DNA from: an uncultured Gammaproteobacteria bacterium
GTDB lineage: Bacteria; Pseudomonadota; Gammaproteobacteria; Steroidobacterales; Steroidobacteraceae
Length of the DNA: 64,000 nt
Assembly: GCA_963817195.1 (NCBI GenBank)
Contig: CAWFNJ010000002.1
Span: 1,511-65,510 of the forward strand
Direction: 5' to 3'
How positions within the stretch are numbered: position 1 is the stretch's first letter; the number at the start of each line of letters is the position of its first letter. The notes beneath the pieces were generated by a model, which was not told the origin of the DNA, searched no databases, and worked only from the letters and a program-made list of their open reading frames with translations. Of the stretch, positions 41,255-52,200 are shown piece after piece. Position numbers and translations under genes: made by a program.

Positions 41255-42560
41255 CACCGCGTAACCGCGCCGCCGCCGTGCGGGCGATCTCGCGCAGTGC
41301 CCGTGCGTCCTCGCGTTGCGGCAGAAGGATTTTCCCGACGGCGAAGCCGAACCGGCGCCGGTAGGCGATGACAATGACCACCACGGCGGCGATTTGCGCC
41401 AGCGCGTAGGCGAGCCCGGCACCGGCGAGCCCAAGGGGCGGCGTCAAGAGCCAGAACGCGACGGCCGCCACCAAACTGCCGGCGGCGAAGGCGGCAATGC
41501 CCCAGCGGGCGAGGCCCTGCGCGGAGAGGCAAGGGTAGAGCATGGTCGTGTAGGAATTGGCGAGTGCACCGATCATCACCAGGCGGAAGGCACCGGGCTC
41601 GGCGGCGTAGTCCTCCCCGAGGACGAGCCCGAGCAGGGGTCGGGCGAGCATCAATGCCACCAGCGCCACGACCGCCATCAGTGCCGTGACCAGCCGGGCG
41701 ATGCGGATGGCGTCCAGGGCGGAGGCCTTGATGTCGGTCGCACGCACGCCGTAGCTGAAGATGACGATCCCGACGGCGGTCGCCACCTCGACCAGGATCT
41801 CGCCCAGGCGCTGCGAGCCGAAATAGATGCCCAGGGCGTCCTCGCCGAGCTGCCAGCTCACGATCCAGAAACCGATGCGGCCGAGCAGGATCAGGAGCAG
41901 GATGGCGATCCACAGCTCGCCGCCGTAGCGGAACATGCGGGCGACCAATGCGGGCTGGAACAGCGTGGCCGGACGGATGGCGCCGCTGACCTGCCAAAGG
42001 AGGTAGACGGCGGCCGCGACATGGGCCGCGAGCAGCACCCAGATGGCGGTGGCGAGGTCGAGCAGGCCGAGCGCCCAGAGGCCGATCGTGCCGGCCAGGA
42101 CCACGGCACGCGAGATCAGCTCGGAGCGGTTCAGGCGGCCGAGGTCGCCGCGCCCGAGAAACACGCCCTGGCCAATACGCAGGCAGAGCATGGGTGCCAC
42201 GTTGAGCGCCGCCACCAGCGCCAGGGGGCCATAGCCGGCGACGTAGCCGCCGGCCTCGAGCATCAGCCAGCAGGCGAGCACGCCGGCGGCCCCCAGGAGC
42301 AGCCAGAGGGCCATCAGGTGGGTGGTCACGGCAGGGTCGGCCGCCGGCTCCTGGCCGATCACCCAGGCACCCGACTGGCGGAGCCCCAGATCGAAGGCGA
42401 TCGCCAGCACCAGGGCGGTCGACATGACGTAGCCGTAGAAGCCGAACTCGCCGACGGTGAGGCTGCGCGCCAGCAGGACGAACACGGCGAAGTTGGCTGC
42501 GCGCATCACCAGGCGGGTGAGCAGCACCCACACCGAGTCGAGCAGCATTGCCGAGTTCAT
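41250..42560 (-). CDS. polysaccharide/oligosaccharide flippase (Wzx/MOP-superfamily membrane protein); intact
   Basis: ORF 41250..42806, with the likely start at 42560 ('MNSAMLLDSVWVLLTRLVMRAANFAVFVLLARSL'). It has about 12 predicted TM helices and 'FGFYGYVMS', in the Wzx-like layout. Confidence 0.7.
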   Translation of the reverse strand: MNSAMLLDSVWVLLTRLVMRAANFAVFVLLARSLTVGEFGFYGYVMSTALVLAIAFDLGLRQSGAWVIGQEPAADPAVTTHLMALWLLLGAAGVLACWLMLEAGGYVAGYGPLALVAALNVAPMLCLRIGQGVFLGRGDLGRLNRSELISRAVVLAGTIGLWALGLLDLATAIWVLLAAHVAAAVYLLWQVSGAIRPATLFQPALVARMFRYGGELWIAILLLILLGRIGFWIVSWQLGEDALGIYFGSQRLGEILVEVATAVGIVIFSYGVRATDIKASALDAIRIARLVTALMAVVALVALMLARPLLGLVLGEDYAAEPGAFRLVMIGALANSYTTMLYPCLSAQGLARWGIAAFAAGSLVAAVAFWLLTPPLGLAGAGLAYALAQIAAVVVIVIAYRRRFGFAVGKILLPQREDARALREIARTAAARLRGD

Positions 42561-42591
42561 AGGAATTGTCCCGGCAGACTTTGTCGCCGGA

Positions 42592-43770
42592 CTAGATGCC
42601 GACCCCCGAATAGGCTTCCGCGAACAGGCGGTTGGCGCCGGCGAGGTCGAGCGGCTCGGGGTTGCCGCCGGCCGTCGGGTCGGACACTGCCATGGCTGCA
42701 AGCTCGTCGAACCGGTCGGTCGGCACGCCAAGCGCCTGGAGCGTGTGCGGCACGCCAAGCTCGGCGCGCAGGGCCAGGATCCAGTCGAGGAAGCCCTGGA
42801 ACCCACCCTCGATGCCCAACCAGGCCGCGAGGCGCTCGATCTTGGGCTCGATCTGATTGCGGTTGAACACGAGCACGTAGGGCATGACGACGGCGTTGGT
42901 CAGGCCATGATGGGTGTCGTAGATGGCGCCGATCGGGTGCGAGAGGCTGTGGATGGCTCCCAGACCCTTTTGGAAAGCAGTGGCGCCCATCGCGGCCGCG
43001 GCCAGCATCATGCCGCGCGCCTCGAGGTCGGCCCCGTGGGCATAGGCGCGCGGCAGGGCGATCTTCACCAGCCGGATGCCCTCGACCGCGATCCCCTCGG
43101 CCATCGGATGCCAGGACGGCGCGCAATAGGCCTCGAGGCAATGGGCCAGCGCGTCCATGCCGGTGGCGGCGGTCAACTTGGGCGGCAGCCCCAGCGTGAG
43201 CTCCGGGTCAAGGATCGCGGTCCGCGGCATCATACGCGGGTGGAAGATGATCTTCTTGGTGTGGGTCACCTCGTCGGTGATCACACCCGCCCGGCCGACC
43301 TCGCTGCCGGTGCCGGCGGTGGTCGGGATGGCGACGACGGGTGCGATACCCTCGCCGCGCGCCCGGGTCCACCAGTCGCCGACATCCTCGAAGTCCCACA
43401 AGGGCCGTTCCTGGCCGGCCATGAAGGCCACGACCTTGCCGCAGTCCAACGCACTGCCGCCACCCAGCGCCACCACTCCGTCATGGCCACCGGCGGCAAA
43501 CGCTCGAACTCCGGCCTCGACATTACCCGCCACGGGATTCGGCCGAACATCGGTGAACAGGCCACCCTCGCGCCCGCCAGCGCGCAGGATCTCGAGCAGG
43601 GCTGCGGTCACCGGCAGGGCGGCGAGCCCCGGATCGGTCACTACGAGCGGGCGGGCAATGCCGGCCTGCTCGCAGGCACGCGCAGCCTTGGCGAGGCTGC
43701 CAGCCCCGTAAACCACGGTGGTTGGATAGTTCCACGTGGTCGCAAGCTTGGCGACGTCGGGCTGCAACAT
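42592..43770 (-). CDS. iron-containing (group III) alcohol dehydrogenase; intact
   Basis: This is a 392-aa ORF with 'VALGGGSALDCGKVVAF', 'PTTAGTGSEV' and 'AIHSLSHPIGAIYDTHHGLTNA' (metal-binding His). Confidence 0.85.
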   Translation of the reverse strand: MLQPDVAKLATTWNYPTTVVYGAGSLAKAARACEQAGIARPLVVTDPGLAALPVTAALLEILRAGGREGGLFTDVRPNPVAGNVEAGVRAFAAGGHDGVVALGGGSALDCGKVVAFMAGQERPLWDFEDVGDWWTRARGEGIAPVVAIPTTAGTGSEVGRAGVITDEVTHTKKIIFHPRMMPRTAILDPELTLGLPPKLTAATGMDALAHCLEAYCAPSWHPMAEGIAVEGIRLVKIALPRAYAHGADLEARGMMLAAAAMGATAFQKGLGAIHSLSHPIGAIYDTHHGLTNAVVMPYVLVFNRNQIEPKIERLAAWLGIEGGFQGFLDWILALRAELGVPHTLQALGVPTDRFDELAAMAVSDPTAGGNPEPLDLAGANRLFAEAYSGVGI

Positions 43771-43877
43771 GATCCCTTTCCTGCACGGTCCCGCTCCGTC
43801 CGCATAGCCCAGCCGATACGGCCGGGGAAGCGGGAGGTCATGCCGGCAGGATCACGCCGTTCCAGCATCTCTCCGGA

Positions 43878-44030
43878 TCAGGCGAACAACATCAGGATCA
43901 GGAAGGTCAAGGTGACGACCCAGGCAGCGGCCACCACACCCAGGCCCACACCCACGGGCCGATCGTAGGTCCAATCGTTACGGCGCACGGTCTCGCGTTG
44001 CGCGGTCATCGTCCACATCCGCTGAAGCAT
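43878..44030 (-). CDS. small hypothetical membrane protein (~50 aa)
   Basis: ORF 43878..44084, using the internal Met, gives 'MLQRMWTMTAQRETVRRNDWTYDRPVGVGLGVVAAAWVVTLTFLILMLFA' with one C-terminal TM helix. I recognise no family. Confidence 0.3.
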   Translation of the reverse strand: MLQRMWTMTAQRETVRRNDWTYDRPVGVGLGVVAAAWVVTLTFLILMLFA

Positions 44031-44186
44031 TCGATGCGGAGGCTTCTGCGCCCGATCCAGCCCGGAATCTGTGGCGAAACCCACAGGCCAGCGGGTCGCA
44101 GCGCCAGCCGGCTGCGACTGCCGCTATTCTGTCGGCCGGATCGCGACACGCCACCGCCGCGGCCCGCATAGGGGAGCGCGGCTGGG

Positions 44187-46004
44187 ATGCCCAAGGCATT
44201 CGATTTCTCCAACCCACCGTTCGACCGGCTGCGGCCGATGGAGATCGAGCGGGTGAGCCGCCTGGTCGACGTCGTGTTTCTTCCGCAAGGGGCAGACGGT
44301 GCTCGCGGCCGGCACCCTGCCCGACCAGTTCTACGTCGTGATCAAGGGCCTGATCGAGGAGCGCGCCGGCGCGGAGATCGTGGCGGTCCACGAGAGCGGC
44401 GACGGGTTCGACAGCGGCATCCTGGTGCACCAGACCACCAGGCACGACTTCGTCGTGCGCGAGGAGGCGATCTGCTACGCCCTGCCGATCGAGGACTTCA
44501 TCGAGCTCACGGCCAACAACACGGCCTTCGCCGGCTTCTTCTTCAAGGACATCTCGCACAAGCTGGAGGCGCTGGGCCAGCGGCAGGCGAGCCCGCAGGC
44601 GCTGGGCGCCATGACCACCCGCGTGCGCCAGGCGCCGGTCAACCCGCCGGTGTTCGTGCCGCCGGAGACCACCCTGCACGAGGCCGCCGTCCACATGGAC
44701 CGGGCCGGCCAGCGCGCGCTCCTGGTGCGCGACGGCGACGCGCATCGGCATCTTCACCGGCGTGGACCTCACCCGCACCGCCGTGGCGGAGCGCCAGCCA
44801 CTCGAGACGCCGGTGCGCGATCTCGTCCACTACGGCGTGGTCGGCGATCGAGGAGGACAGCTTCCTGTTCGAGGCGGCCCTGCTGATGGCGCGCCGGCGC
44901 GTCCGCCACCTCGTCGTGCGGCGCGACGACGAGATCGTGGGCGTGCTCGATGCCGCCAACGTCCTGTCCTCGCTGGCCAACCAGGCCGACCCGATCGGCG
45001 CGCTGATCGACCGGGCCCAGACCCCGGCCGATCTCGCCGAGGCCAGCGAGCGGATCGGCTTCCTGGTCCGCCAGCTGCACGACAGCGGCACCAAGATCGG
45101 CTTCATCACCGAACTGTCGACCGACCTGCACCGGCGCGCCACCGCCGGGCTGTTCGCCAAGCTGGCCCCGCCGGGCATGGCCGAGCGGGCCTGCCTAGTG
45201 GTCATGGGCAGCGAGGGCCGGGGCGAGTACCTGACCAAGACCGACCAGGACAACGGCATCATCCTGGCCGACGGCTACGACCCGCCCGATTGGGAGGGCT
45301 TCCGCCACCGCTTCACCGCCGCCATGATCGATGCCGGCTTTCCCGCCTGCCCGGGCGAGATCATGGTCCGCAATCCCGCCTGGTCGAAGCCGCTCAAGGC
45401 CTGGTGCGACGATGTCCGCGCCTGGGTGCTGAAGCCGGACGAGCAGGCGCTGATGAACGTCGCGATCTTCTACGACGCCGCCGCCGGTCGCGGGCGACGC
45501 CGGCCTGCTGGAGCGGGCGAAGGACTATCTGTTCGCCTTGCTCGCCGACAACAGCGCCTTCCACGCCCGTTTCGCCCGGGCCATCGAGATGTTCGACACG
45601 CCGCTCGGGTTCTTTTCCACCTTCGTCACCGAGAAGGGGCCGCACAAGGACGAGCTCGACCTGAAGAAGGGCGGGCATCTTCCCGCTGATGCACGGCGTG
45701 CGTGCCCTGGCGCTGGAGCAGCGGCTGGTCGAGACCAACACCATCCAGCGCATTCGCCGGCTGCAGGCCCAAGGCGTGTTCGACAAGGCGCTGGGCGAGG
45801 ATCTCGCCGCAGGCCTTCGAGTTCCTGCTGGGCCTGCGGCTGTCCGCGCGCTTGGAGAAGATGCGCCTGCACCAGCCCTTGGACAATTTCATCCGGCCGG
45901 GCGAGGTCACCAAGCTCGAGCGCGACCTGCTCAAGGACTCGCTGCAGATCGTCAAGCGGCTGAAGGAGGTGGTCCGCCACCACTTCCATCTGGCGATGTT
46001 CTGA
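44187..46004 (+). CDS. cNMP-binding + CBS + DUF294 putative nucleotidyltransferase (signal-transduction type), frameshifted
   Basis: ORF 44299.. has 'LPDQFYVVIKGLIEE' (cNMP-like) and 'LHEAAVHMDRAGQRALLVRDGD' (CBS). ORF 44187..45689 has 'LVVMGSEGRGEYLTKTDQDNGIIL' (NTase G-S..D.D). ORF 45702..46004 has 'KLERDLLKDSLQIVKRLKEVV'. Confidence 0.7.
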
Positions 46005-46011
46005 GCACCGC

Positions 46012-46640
46012 ATGCTCCAGAACCTCAAGCGCGCCTGGTGGCGCCGCCAGCTCAAGGAGCAGGCCTTTGCCTTCCTGGCCGACGCCTACGACGGCGACGA
46101 GTTGGTGAGCATCGACTGCGAGACCACCGGCCTGGACGTGAAGAGGGACCAGATCCTCTCGGTCGGGCGCGATCAAGGTGAAGGGCGATGCCATCCTTAC
46201 CAGCGAGCGCCTGGATTTCTTGGTCCGGCCGAAGGAGCCGGTCTCCGAGCGGACCATCCTGATCCACCATATCCGCCCCGTCGACCTGGAGACTGCCGTG
46301 CCGGTCGACGAGGCGATCCGCCGCGTGCTGGAGTTCGTCGGCCCACGGCCGCTGGTCGGCTACTTCCTCGAGTTCGACGTCGGCATGCTCAACAAGTATG
46401 TCCGCCCGCTGATCGGGGCCGGCGCTGCCCAACGCCCAGATCGAGGTGTCGCGGCTCTACTACGACTGGCGCGCCGCCCAGGTGCCGCCGGGCGGCAACA
46501 TCGACCTGCGCTTCGAGACCATCCGGCAGCGGCTGGACCTGCCGCGCCGCGCCGCCCACGACGCCTTCAACGATGCGCTGCTGACCGCGATGATGTACCT
46601 GCGACTCAAGGGCGGCTGGCGACCCGATCCGCCGGAGTGA
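46012..46640 (+). CDS. DEDDh 3'-5' exonuclease (DnaQ/PolIII-epsilon-like), frameshifted
   Basis: ORF 46012.. has 'LVSIDCETTGLD' (Exo I). ORF 46178.. has 'HHIRPVDLE..LVGYFLEFDVGML' (Exo II). ORF 46446..46640 has 'AAHDAFNDALLTAMMYLRL' (Exo III, H-x4-D). It starts 8 nt after the DUF294 gene. Confidence 0.7.
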
Positions 46641-46658
46641 TGCCCGATCCGGGCGGAC

Positions 46659-47337
46659 ATGGGCATGGCGATCACTCTCCACTCGGTCTCGACCCGCCAT
46701 TTGCGCGGTGCCCTGGCGCTGGCGTCGGTCGTCGGCGTCGCGGCGGCGCTGCTGCTGCGGCACCGCCTGGACTACGAGCTGCTGGTCGCCGCTGCCTGGG
46801 ACGCCGCCGTGCTGATCTTCATCGTCTTGGTGCTGCGAGCCACCTGGCACTACGACGAGACGCAGATGACCCGCAAGGTCAGACACCGGGCGCCGAGCTC
46901 GCTGCTGGTGGGCTGCACGGCGTTCTGCGCCGCGATGTTCGGGATCTACGCGCTCCTGCTCCTGGTCACGGCCTCGGGCGATCCCGGCCCCGGCAAGGCG
47001 CTGATGCTGACGCGTGGCGCTGCTGACCACGGCCCTGTCGTGGGGCCTCGTGCATCTGCTGTTCGCGCTTGAATATGCCAAGCTGTACTACGTCGATCAC
47101 CCCGGCGCCCAGGCCGCGACCCCGCCGGGCGGGCTCGAATTCCCGGGCGGCCACCTGCCCGAATACTCCGATTTCCTCTACTTCTCGTTCACCATCGGGG
47201 TCGCCTGCCAGACAGGCGATGTCGACATCTCGTCCCGGCACATGCGCCGGATGGCGCTGCTGCACGGGCTGATCGCGTTCCTGTTCAACACGGTGATCCT
47301 GGCCGCCACCATCAACATCGCGGCCAGCCTCAGCTGA
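46659..47337 (+). CDS. DUF1345-family membrane protein, one frameshift
   Basis: ORF 46659.. holds TM helices. ORF 47014..47337 has 'ALLTTALSWGLVHLLFALEYAKLYY..GLEFPGG..PEYSDFLYFSFTIGVACQTGDV..LLHGLIAFLFNTVILAATINI'. Confidence 0.6.
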
Positions 47338-47413
47338 AGCCCGACCAGTTCTGGTTTGACCTAACTCGGCGGGCGGAGGCATGCATCCGCCCGCACGGGA
47401 CAAGGGGGCGAGC

Positions 47414-48386
47414 ATGACCGAGCCACGATCCTATCTGCCGTTGTCGGGCATGGACCTGCCGCGGTTCGCCGGCATCCCGACCTTCATGCGCCTGCCGCAC
47501 GTGCCGGTCGACGAGGCCGCATGAGGTGCAGATCGGGCTGATCGGCGTGCCCTGGGACGGCGGCACCACCAACCGGCCTGGCCCGCGCCACGGCCCGCGC
47601 CAGCTGCGCGACTACTCGACCATGATCCGGATGATCAACCAGGCGACCGGCCTACGCCCGTTCAACATGGTGCGCTGCGCCGATCTCGGCGACTGCCCGG
47701 TCAACCCGGCGGACCTGCAGGACAGCCTGGCCCGCATCTCCGGCCACTACGGCAAGCTCCGCAAGAAGGGGATCGTGCCGATGACCGCCGGCGGCGACCA
47801 TCTGGTCTCGCTGCCGGTGCTGCGCGGGCTGGTCGGCAAGGGCGCGCCGGTGGCCATGATCCACTTCGACGCCCACACCGATTTCTACGACACCTATTTC
47901 GGCGGTTTCCGCTTCACCCACGGCACGCCGTTCCGCCGTGCCGCCGAGGAGGGCCTGATCGACACCAGCAGGGTGGTGCAGATCGGCATCCGCGGCACCG
48001 CCTACGACGGCGAGGACGTCGAATGGGCCCGCGCCCACGGGGTGCGGATCTTCATGATCGAGGAGGTCATGGACCGCGGTCCGGACGCGGTGATGGCCGA
48101 GGCCCGCGAGATCGTGGGCGACCAGCTCTGCTACGTCAGCTTCGACATCGACGGCATCGACCCCTCGCAGGCGCCGGGCACGGGCACGCCCGAGATCGGC
48201 GGCTTCTCGACCCACACCGCCCAGCGGATGATCCGCAAGCTCCAAGGCCTCAATCTGATGGGAGCGGATCTGGTCGAGGTCAGCCCGCCCTTCGACCAGT
48301 CCGGCATGACCGCCTGGGTTGGCGTGAGCATCATGTTCGAGCTCCTGTGCGTGCTGGCCGACGCCGTGGCCCGCCGCACCGGCTGA
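47414..48386 (+). CDS. ureohydrolase of the arginase family (agmatinase / guanidino-acid hydrolase), one frameshift near the 5' end
   Basis: Manual start gives 'MTEPRSYLPLSGMDLPRFAGIPTFMRLPH', preceded by RBS 'aaggggg'. ORF 47526..48386 has 'IGVPWDGGTT', 'MTAGGDHLVSLP', 'MIHFDAHTD' and 'YVSFDIDGIDPSQAPGTGTPE' (Mn-binding motifs). Confidence 0.8.
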
Positions 48387-48461
48387 GCGGCAACCTCGCT
48401 TGGCCGCGGCGGTTCTTCGATGGTAGGGTCTTCGTCCGATTCCGACATCAGGGAGAACAGC

Positions 48462-48723
48462 ATGAGCATGCAGGATGGCTACCTCGACCGCATGGCGGCT
48501 CGGATCGCGGAGTTCGAGCGCGCGCTACGGGGCTCGTCCGCCGAGCAGCTGGACGATCGTCGGCGCCGCGATCTCGAGGCCGGGCTTGCCACGGTCAAAG
48601 AGCGCTTTCAGGCCCTGCGCCGGGCGAGAGCCGAAGTGACCGACGAGATGCTTCAGAGCTTCACCGCAGAGCTTCGAGCGTCTTCGCGCGGCCTTCGGCG
48701 AGGCCCGCGTCGAGGCAGCGTGA
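48462..48723 (+). CDS. small hypothetical helical protein (~86 aa), terminal frameshift
   Basis: RBS 'gggagaa' precedes the ATG at 48462. The sequence is 'MSMQDGYLDRMAARIAEFERALRGSSAEQLDDRRRRDLEAGLATVKERFQALRRARAEVTDEML'. Stop inferred at 48721-48723 after a frame change. Confidence 0.35.
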
Positions 48724-48799
48724 GCGTGAGCTTCATGCGGCGTTAATAGGTCGCGACGAGGATGGGCGCTCTCACCCTGCGGAGCCGAGGCGCCTTCCC

Positions 48800-49148
48800 G
48801 TGCGGCAACATGCGATCACCTTGGTTTGTGCGGCGGCGGTGCTCGGCTTGCTCGCCTTCTCCACGGTCTCCGCGGAGGAGCCGCGCTGCACCGACGAGGC
48901 CGCAGGGCTGGTCGCCTGCATCGCCGGGCGGCTCTGCACCTGCGGCTTCGCAACGAGGCAGTCCGGCCACTGGACTGCCGGACGGATTCCGCTGGGATTG
49001 CGGCATCCTGCGCCCGAGCTGCGGGCCGCCAGTACCGGCCACGCTAGACCCTTGGCAGGGCGAGCTGCCTGATTCCTTGGAGATCGATCGCTCGAACACC
49101 ATCATTCAGCAGGGAGCGGCCAAGCCACGGGGTTGGCCGCGCCGCTGA
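48800..49148 (+). CDS. small secreted Cys-containing hypothetical protein, frameshifted
   Basis: GTG at 48800. The signal peptide is 'ITLVCAAAVLGLLAFSTVSA', followed by 'EEPRCTDEAAGLVACIAGRLCTCGF'. The tail in ORF 48762..49148 is 'DGFRWDCGILRPSCGPP..'. Confidence 0.3.
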
Positions 49149-49149
49149 G

Positions 49150-49764
49150 GTGGTGATGAGCAGATCGAACTGGTGGTTCGCATCGGCCCTGGCGTTGGCC
49201 CTGCTGGTGCTGGAGGGTGCGGGCGCAGACGCGCAGCAGCGCAGCCTGACCGGCGGCGGCCCGGCGCCCGCCGGCTCGGATGCGTATCTGCAGCGCCAGT
49301 TGCGGACCCTGGAGCGGGCGGGGACCTCACCCGACAGTGCAGGGATCCTGTTGCGCCGCACGCAGCGGGACCTGATCAGCCAGGGCCGCGGGGTGTACCT
49401 GACGCCAGAGCAGGCGCGCATCCAGCGCGACCTCGACCGGGTGGGGCGCGATCTGCAGCGCGAAAAGCTGAGCACGGCCACGGCGCAACCCCCGGCGCAG
49501 CCACGCGGCGAGCGCCTGCCCGGCACGATCGACGACGCGGCGGCCCTGCCCAGCTTTGGCGGCACCATCACCCTGCGCCGGCTGGTCGGCCGTGCGGAGA
49601 GCGCGATGGCCGAGGGTCGCTCTGGTCAGGCGCGGTCGGACATCGCCACAGCGCGCAGCCTCGTGGGCTCGGTCGATCCGAGCTCGCCCGAGGACAGCCG
49701 AGACCTGCACGAGCTGGAGGCGCGGATGACGGCGGTCGAGCGGCGACTGGCGAGCGGCGGCTGA
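49150..49764 (+). CDS. secreted hypothetical protein (204 aa); intact
   Basis: ORF 49150..49764 has the signal peptide 'WWFASALALALLVLEGAGADA'. The body is helical and rich in R, Q and L. I recognise no family. Confidence 0.4.
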   Translation: MVMSRSNWWFASALALALLVLEGAGADAQQRSLTGGGPAPAGSDAYLQRQLRTLERAGTSPDSAGILLRRTQRDLISQGRGVYLTPEQARIQRDLDRVGRDLQREKLSTATAQPPAQPRGERLPGTIDDAAALPSFGGTITLRRLVGRAESAMAEGRSGQARSDIATARSLVGSVDPSSPEDSRDLHELEARMTAVERRLASGG

Positions 49765-49826
49765 TCGCGGTCGGCCCAGGCATGCGCTAAGTGGGTTCGC
49801 AGGATGGAACCTCGCGGAATGCGCCC

Positions 49827-50332
49827 ATGCCCGCCCATTTCGATCTCCGGCCCGCCATGCCTGCCGACCTGCCGCAGGTGCTGGCAATCTATGCCGCCGA
49901 GGTGCGCCACGGCACCGCGAGCTTCGAGCTCGAGCCGCCCGATCTCGTCGAGCTGACCAGGCGGCATGGCCGGGTGGCGCAGCTCGGCCTGCCCTGGCTG
50001 GTGGCCGAGCTTCCCGGACGGCATCGGCGGGTTCGCCTACGCCACCAGCTACCGTGACCGCCCAGCCTACCGGTTTACGGTCGAGGACTTCGGTCTATGT
50101 CGCGGATTGGGCGCGAGGTCGCGGGCTCGGTCGCGCCTTGCTCGAGGCCGTGATCGCGGCGGCGCGCGCCTCCGGGGCTCGGCAGATGGTGGCCGTCATT
50201 GGCGATTCCGCGAACCATTCCTCAATCGGCCTGCACCGGGCCTGCGGCTTTGCCGAGGTCGGCGTCCTGCGCGACGTCGGCCGCAAGTTCGACCGCTGGC
50301 TCGACACGGTACTGATGCAGCGCGGGCTCTGA
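49827..50332 (+). CDS. GNAT N-acetyltransferase, phosphinothricin-acetyltransferase-like, frameshifted
   Basis: ORF 49791.. has 'MPADLPQVLAIYAAEVRHGTASFELEPPDLVEL'. ORF 50054..50332 has 'VYVADWARGRGLGRALLEAVIAAARASGARQMVAVI' (acetyl-CoA loop) and 'HRACGFAEVGVLRDVGRKFDRWLDTVLMQ'. Confidence 0.65.
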
Positions 50333-50390
50333 GCGCCGCGCGCGCAGGCCGCGTTGCGGCCGGCCGGCTGAACAATCAAGATCGCAACCG

Positions 50391-52200
50391 GTGAGCAAGG
50401 GGGAAACCGACATGCCGAGCCGCGATGGTGGTGCCGACCCGGCCGAGCTGGCACGGACGCTCACCGAGCTCGCCGAGAAGAGCCGCAACGTGGCGCAGCA
50501 GTTCATGGCGAAGCAAGCCAAGAGCGACGGTTTCCAGATCCCTGATCCTGGGGTTGTAGGCGACGCCTTCGTGAAGCTGTCGCAAGCGATGCTGGCGGAC
50601 CCCGGCCGGCTGATGCAGGCGCAGATGCAGCTCTGGCAGCAAATGGGAGAGCTGTGGCAGCGTCAGATGCTGCGGGCCGGCGGTGAAGCTGCCGAGCCGC
50701 TGGTCGAGCCCGAAAGTGGCGACAAACGGTTCAAGGACGAGGCGTGGAGCGAGGAGCTGGTGTTCGACTACATCAAGCAGTCCTACCTCGTGGCGTCGCG
50801 CTGGATCCAGGATACCGTGGCCGAGGTCGACGAGCTCGACCCCGCGACGAAGAGCAAGGCGGAGTTCTACACGCGCCAGTTCGTCGACGCGCTCTCGCCC
50901 AGCAACTTCGCATTGACCAACCCCACCGTGCTCAAGCACGCGGCCGAGACCAAGGGCGAGAGCCTGCTCAAGGGCCTGCGGCGGCTCCTCGACGATCTGG
51001 AGCGCGGCAAGGGCGACCTCAAGATTTCGATGACCAACGAGGAAGCGTTCCAGATCGGCGAAAACATCGCTGTCTCACCCGGCAAGGTGATCTTCCAGAA
51101 CGAGCTGATGCAGCTTCTACAGTACGAGCCCACCACTGACCAGGTCTACAAGCGACCTCTGCTGATCGTGCCGCCTTGGATCAACAAATTCTATATCCTT
51201 GACCTGAAGCCCAGGAACAGCTTCATCAAGTTCGCGGTCGACCAGGGGTTCACCGTGTTCGTGATCTCCTGGGCCAATCCGGGCCGCAGCCTCGCGCACA
51301 AGACTTTCGAGAACTATCTCGACGAGGGACCCTTGGCGGCACTGGGGGCCATCGAGCAGGCGATCGGCGAGCGCGAGGCCACGATCATCGGCTATTGCCT
51401 GGGCGGCACGCTGACCGCGTGCCTGCTGGCCTGGATGGCCGAGCAGGGTGACGACCGGATCAAGGCCGCGACCTTCTTCACCACCATGACCGACTTCGCC
51501 GAACCGGGCGAGCTCGGCGTGTTCATCGACGAGGAGCAGCTCGACCTGATCGAGAAGCACATGCAGGAGAAGGGCTATCTCGAGGCGCGCCACATGCAGC
51601 AGGTGTTCAACCTGATGCGCGCCAACGACCTGGTCTGGGGCTTCGTGGTCAACAACTACCTGATGGGCCGCGAGCCCATGGCGTTCGACCTGCTGTACTG
51701 GAACGCCGACAGCACGCGCATGCCCTACATGATGCACAGCTTCTACCTGCGGAACATGTACCAGAAGAACCTGCTGGTGCAGCCCGGCGGCATCACCCTG
51801 AAGGGCGTCCCGATCGATCTGGGGAAGATCGCGACCCCCTGCTACTTCCTCTCGGCCAAGGAGGACCATATCGCGCCCTGGGCCTCGACCTACCGCGGCA
51901 GCCTCAACTTCAAGGGCCAGGTGCGGTTCGTGCTCGGGGGCTCGGGCCACATCGCCGGTGTGATCAACCCGCCCTCCTCGTCCAAGTACGGCTACTGGAC
52001 CAACGCGCAAGCGACCGGCGAAGCCCGAGACATGGCTGGCGACGGCGCGGCAGCACGAGGGGTCGTGGTGGCCGGACTGGGCGGCATGGCTGGCCAAGAA
52101 GAGCGGCGCCCAGGTGCCGGCGCGCGAGCCTGGCGCCGGCGGGTTACCGGCCCTGGAGCCGGCTCCCGGAGCCTTCGTCAAGGTCCGGGCGGCCGATTGA
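50391..52200 (+). CDS. phaC: class I poly(3-hydroxyalkanoate) synthase, one frameshift near the 3' end
   Basis: ORF 50391..52325 has 'RFKDEAWSEELVFDYIKQSYL', 'LLIVPPWINKFYILDL', the lipase box 'IIGYCLGGTL' and 'WNADSTRMP'. The manual tail is 'EGSWWPDWAAWLAKKSG..FVKVRAAD*', ending at 52200. Confidence 0.85.

Noticed and set aside
50391-52200. A PHA biosynthesis operon (phaCAB, phasin, phaR) around phaC.
   Set aside because: Only phaC is present. The neighbours are a GNAT gene and an ECF sigma factor. No thiolase, reductase or phasin motifs were seen.
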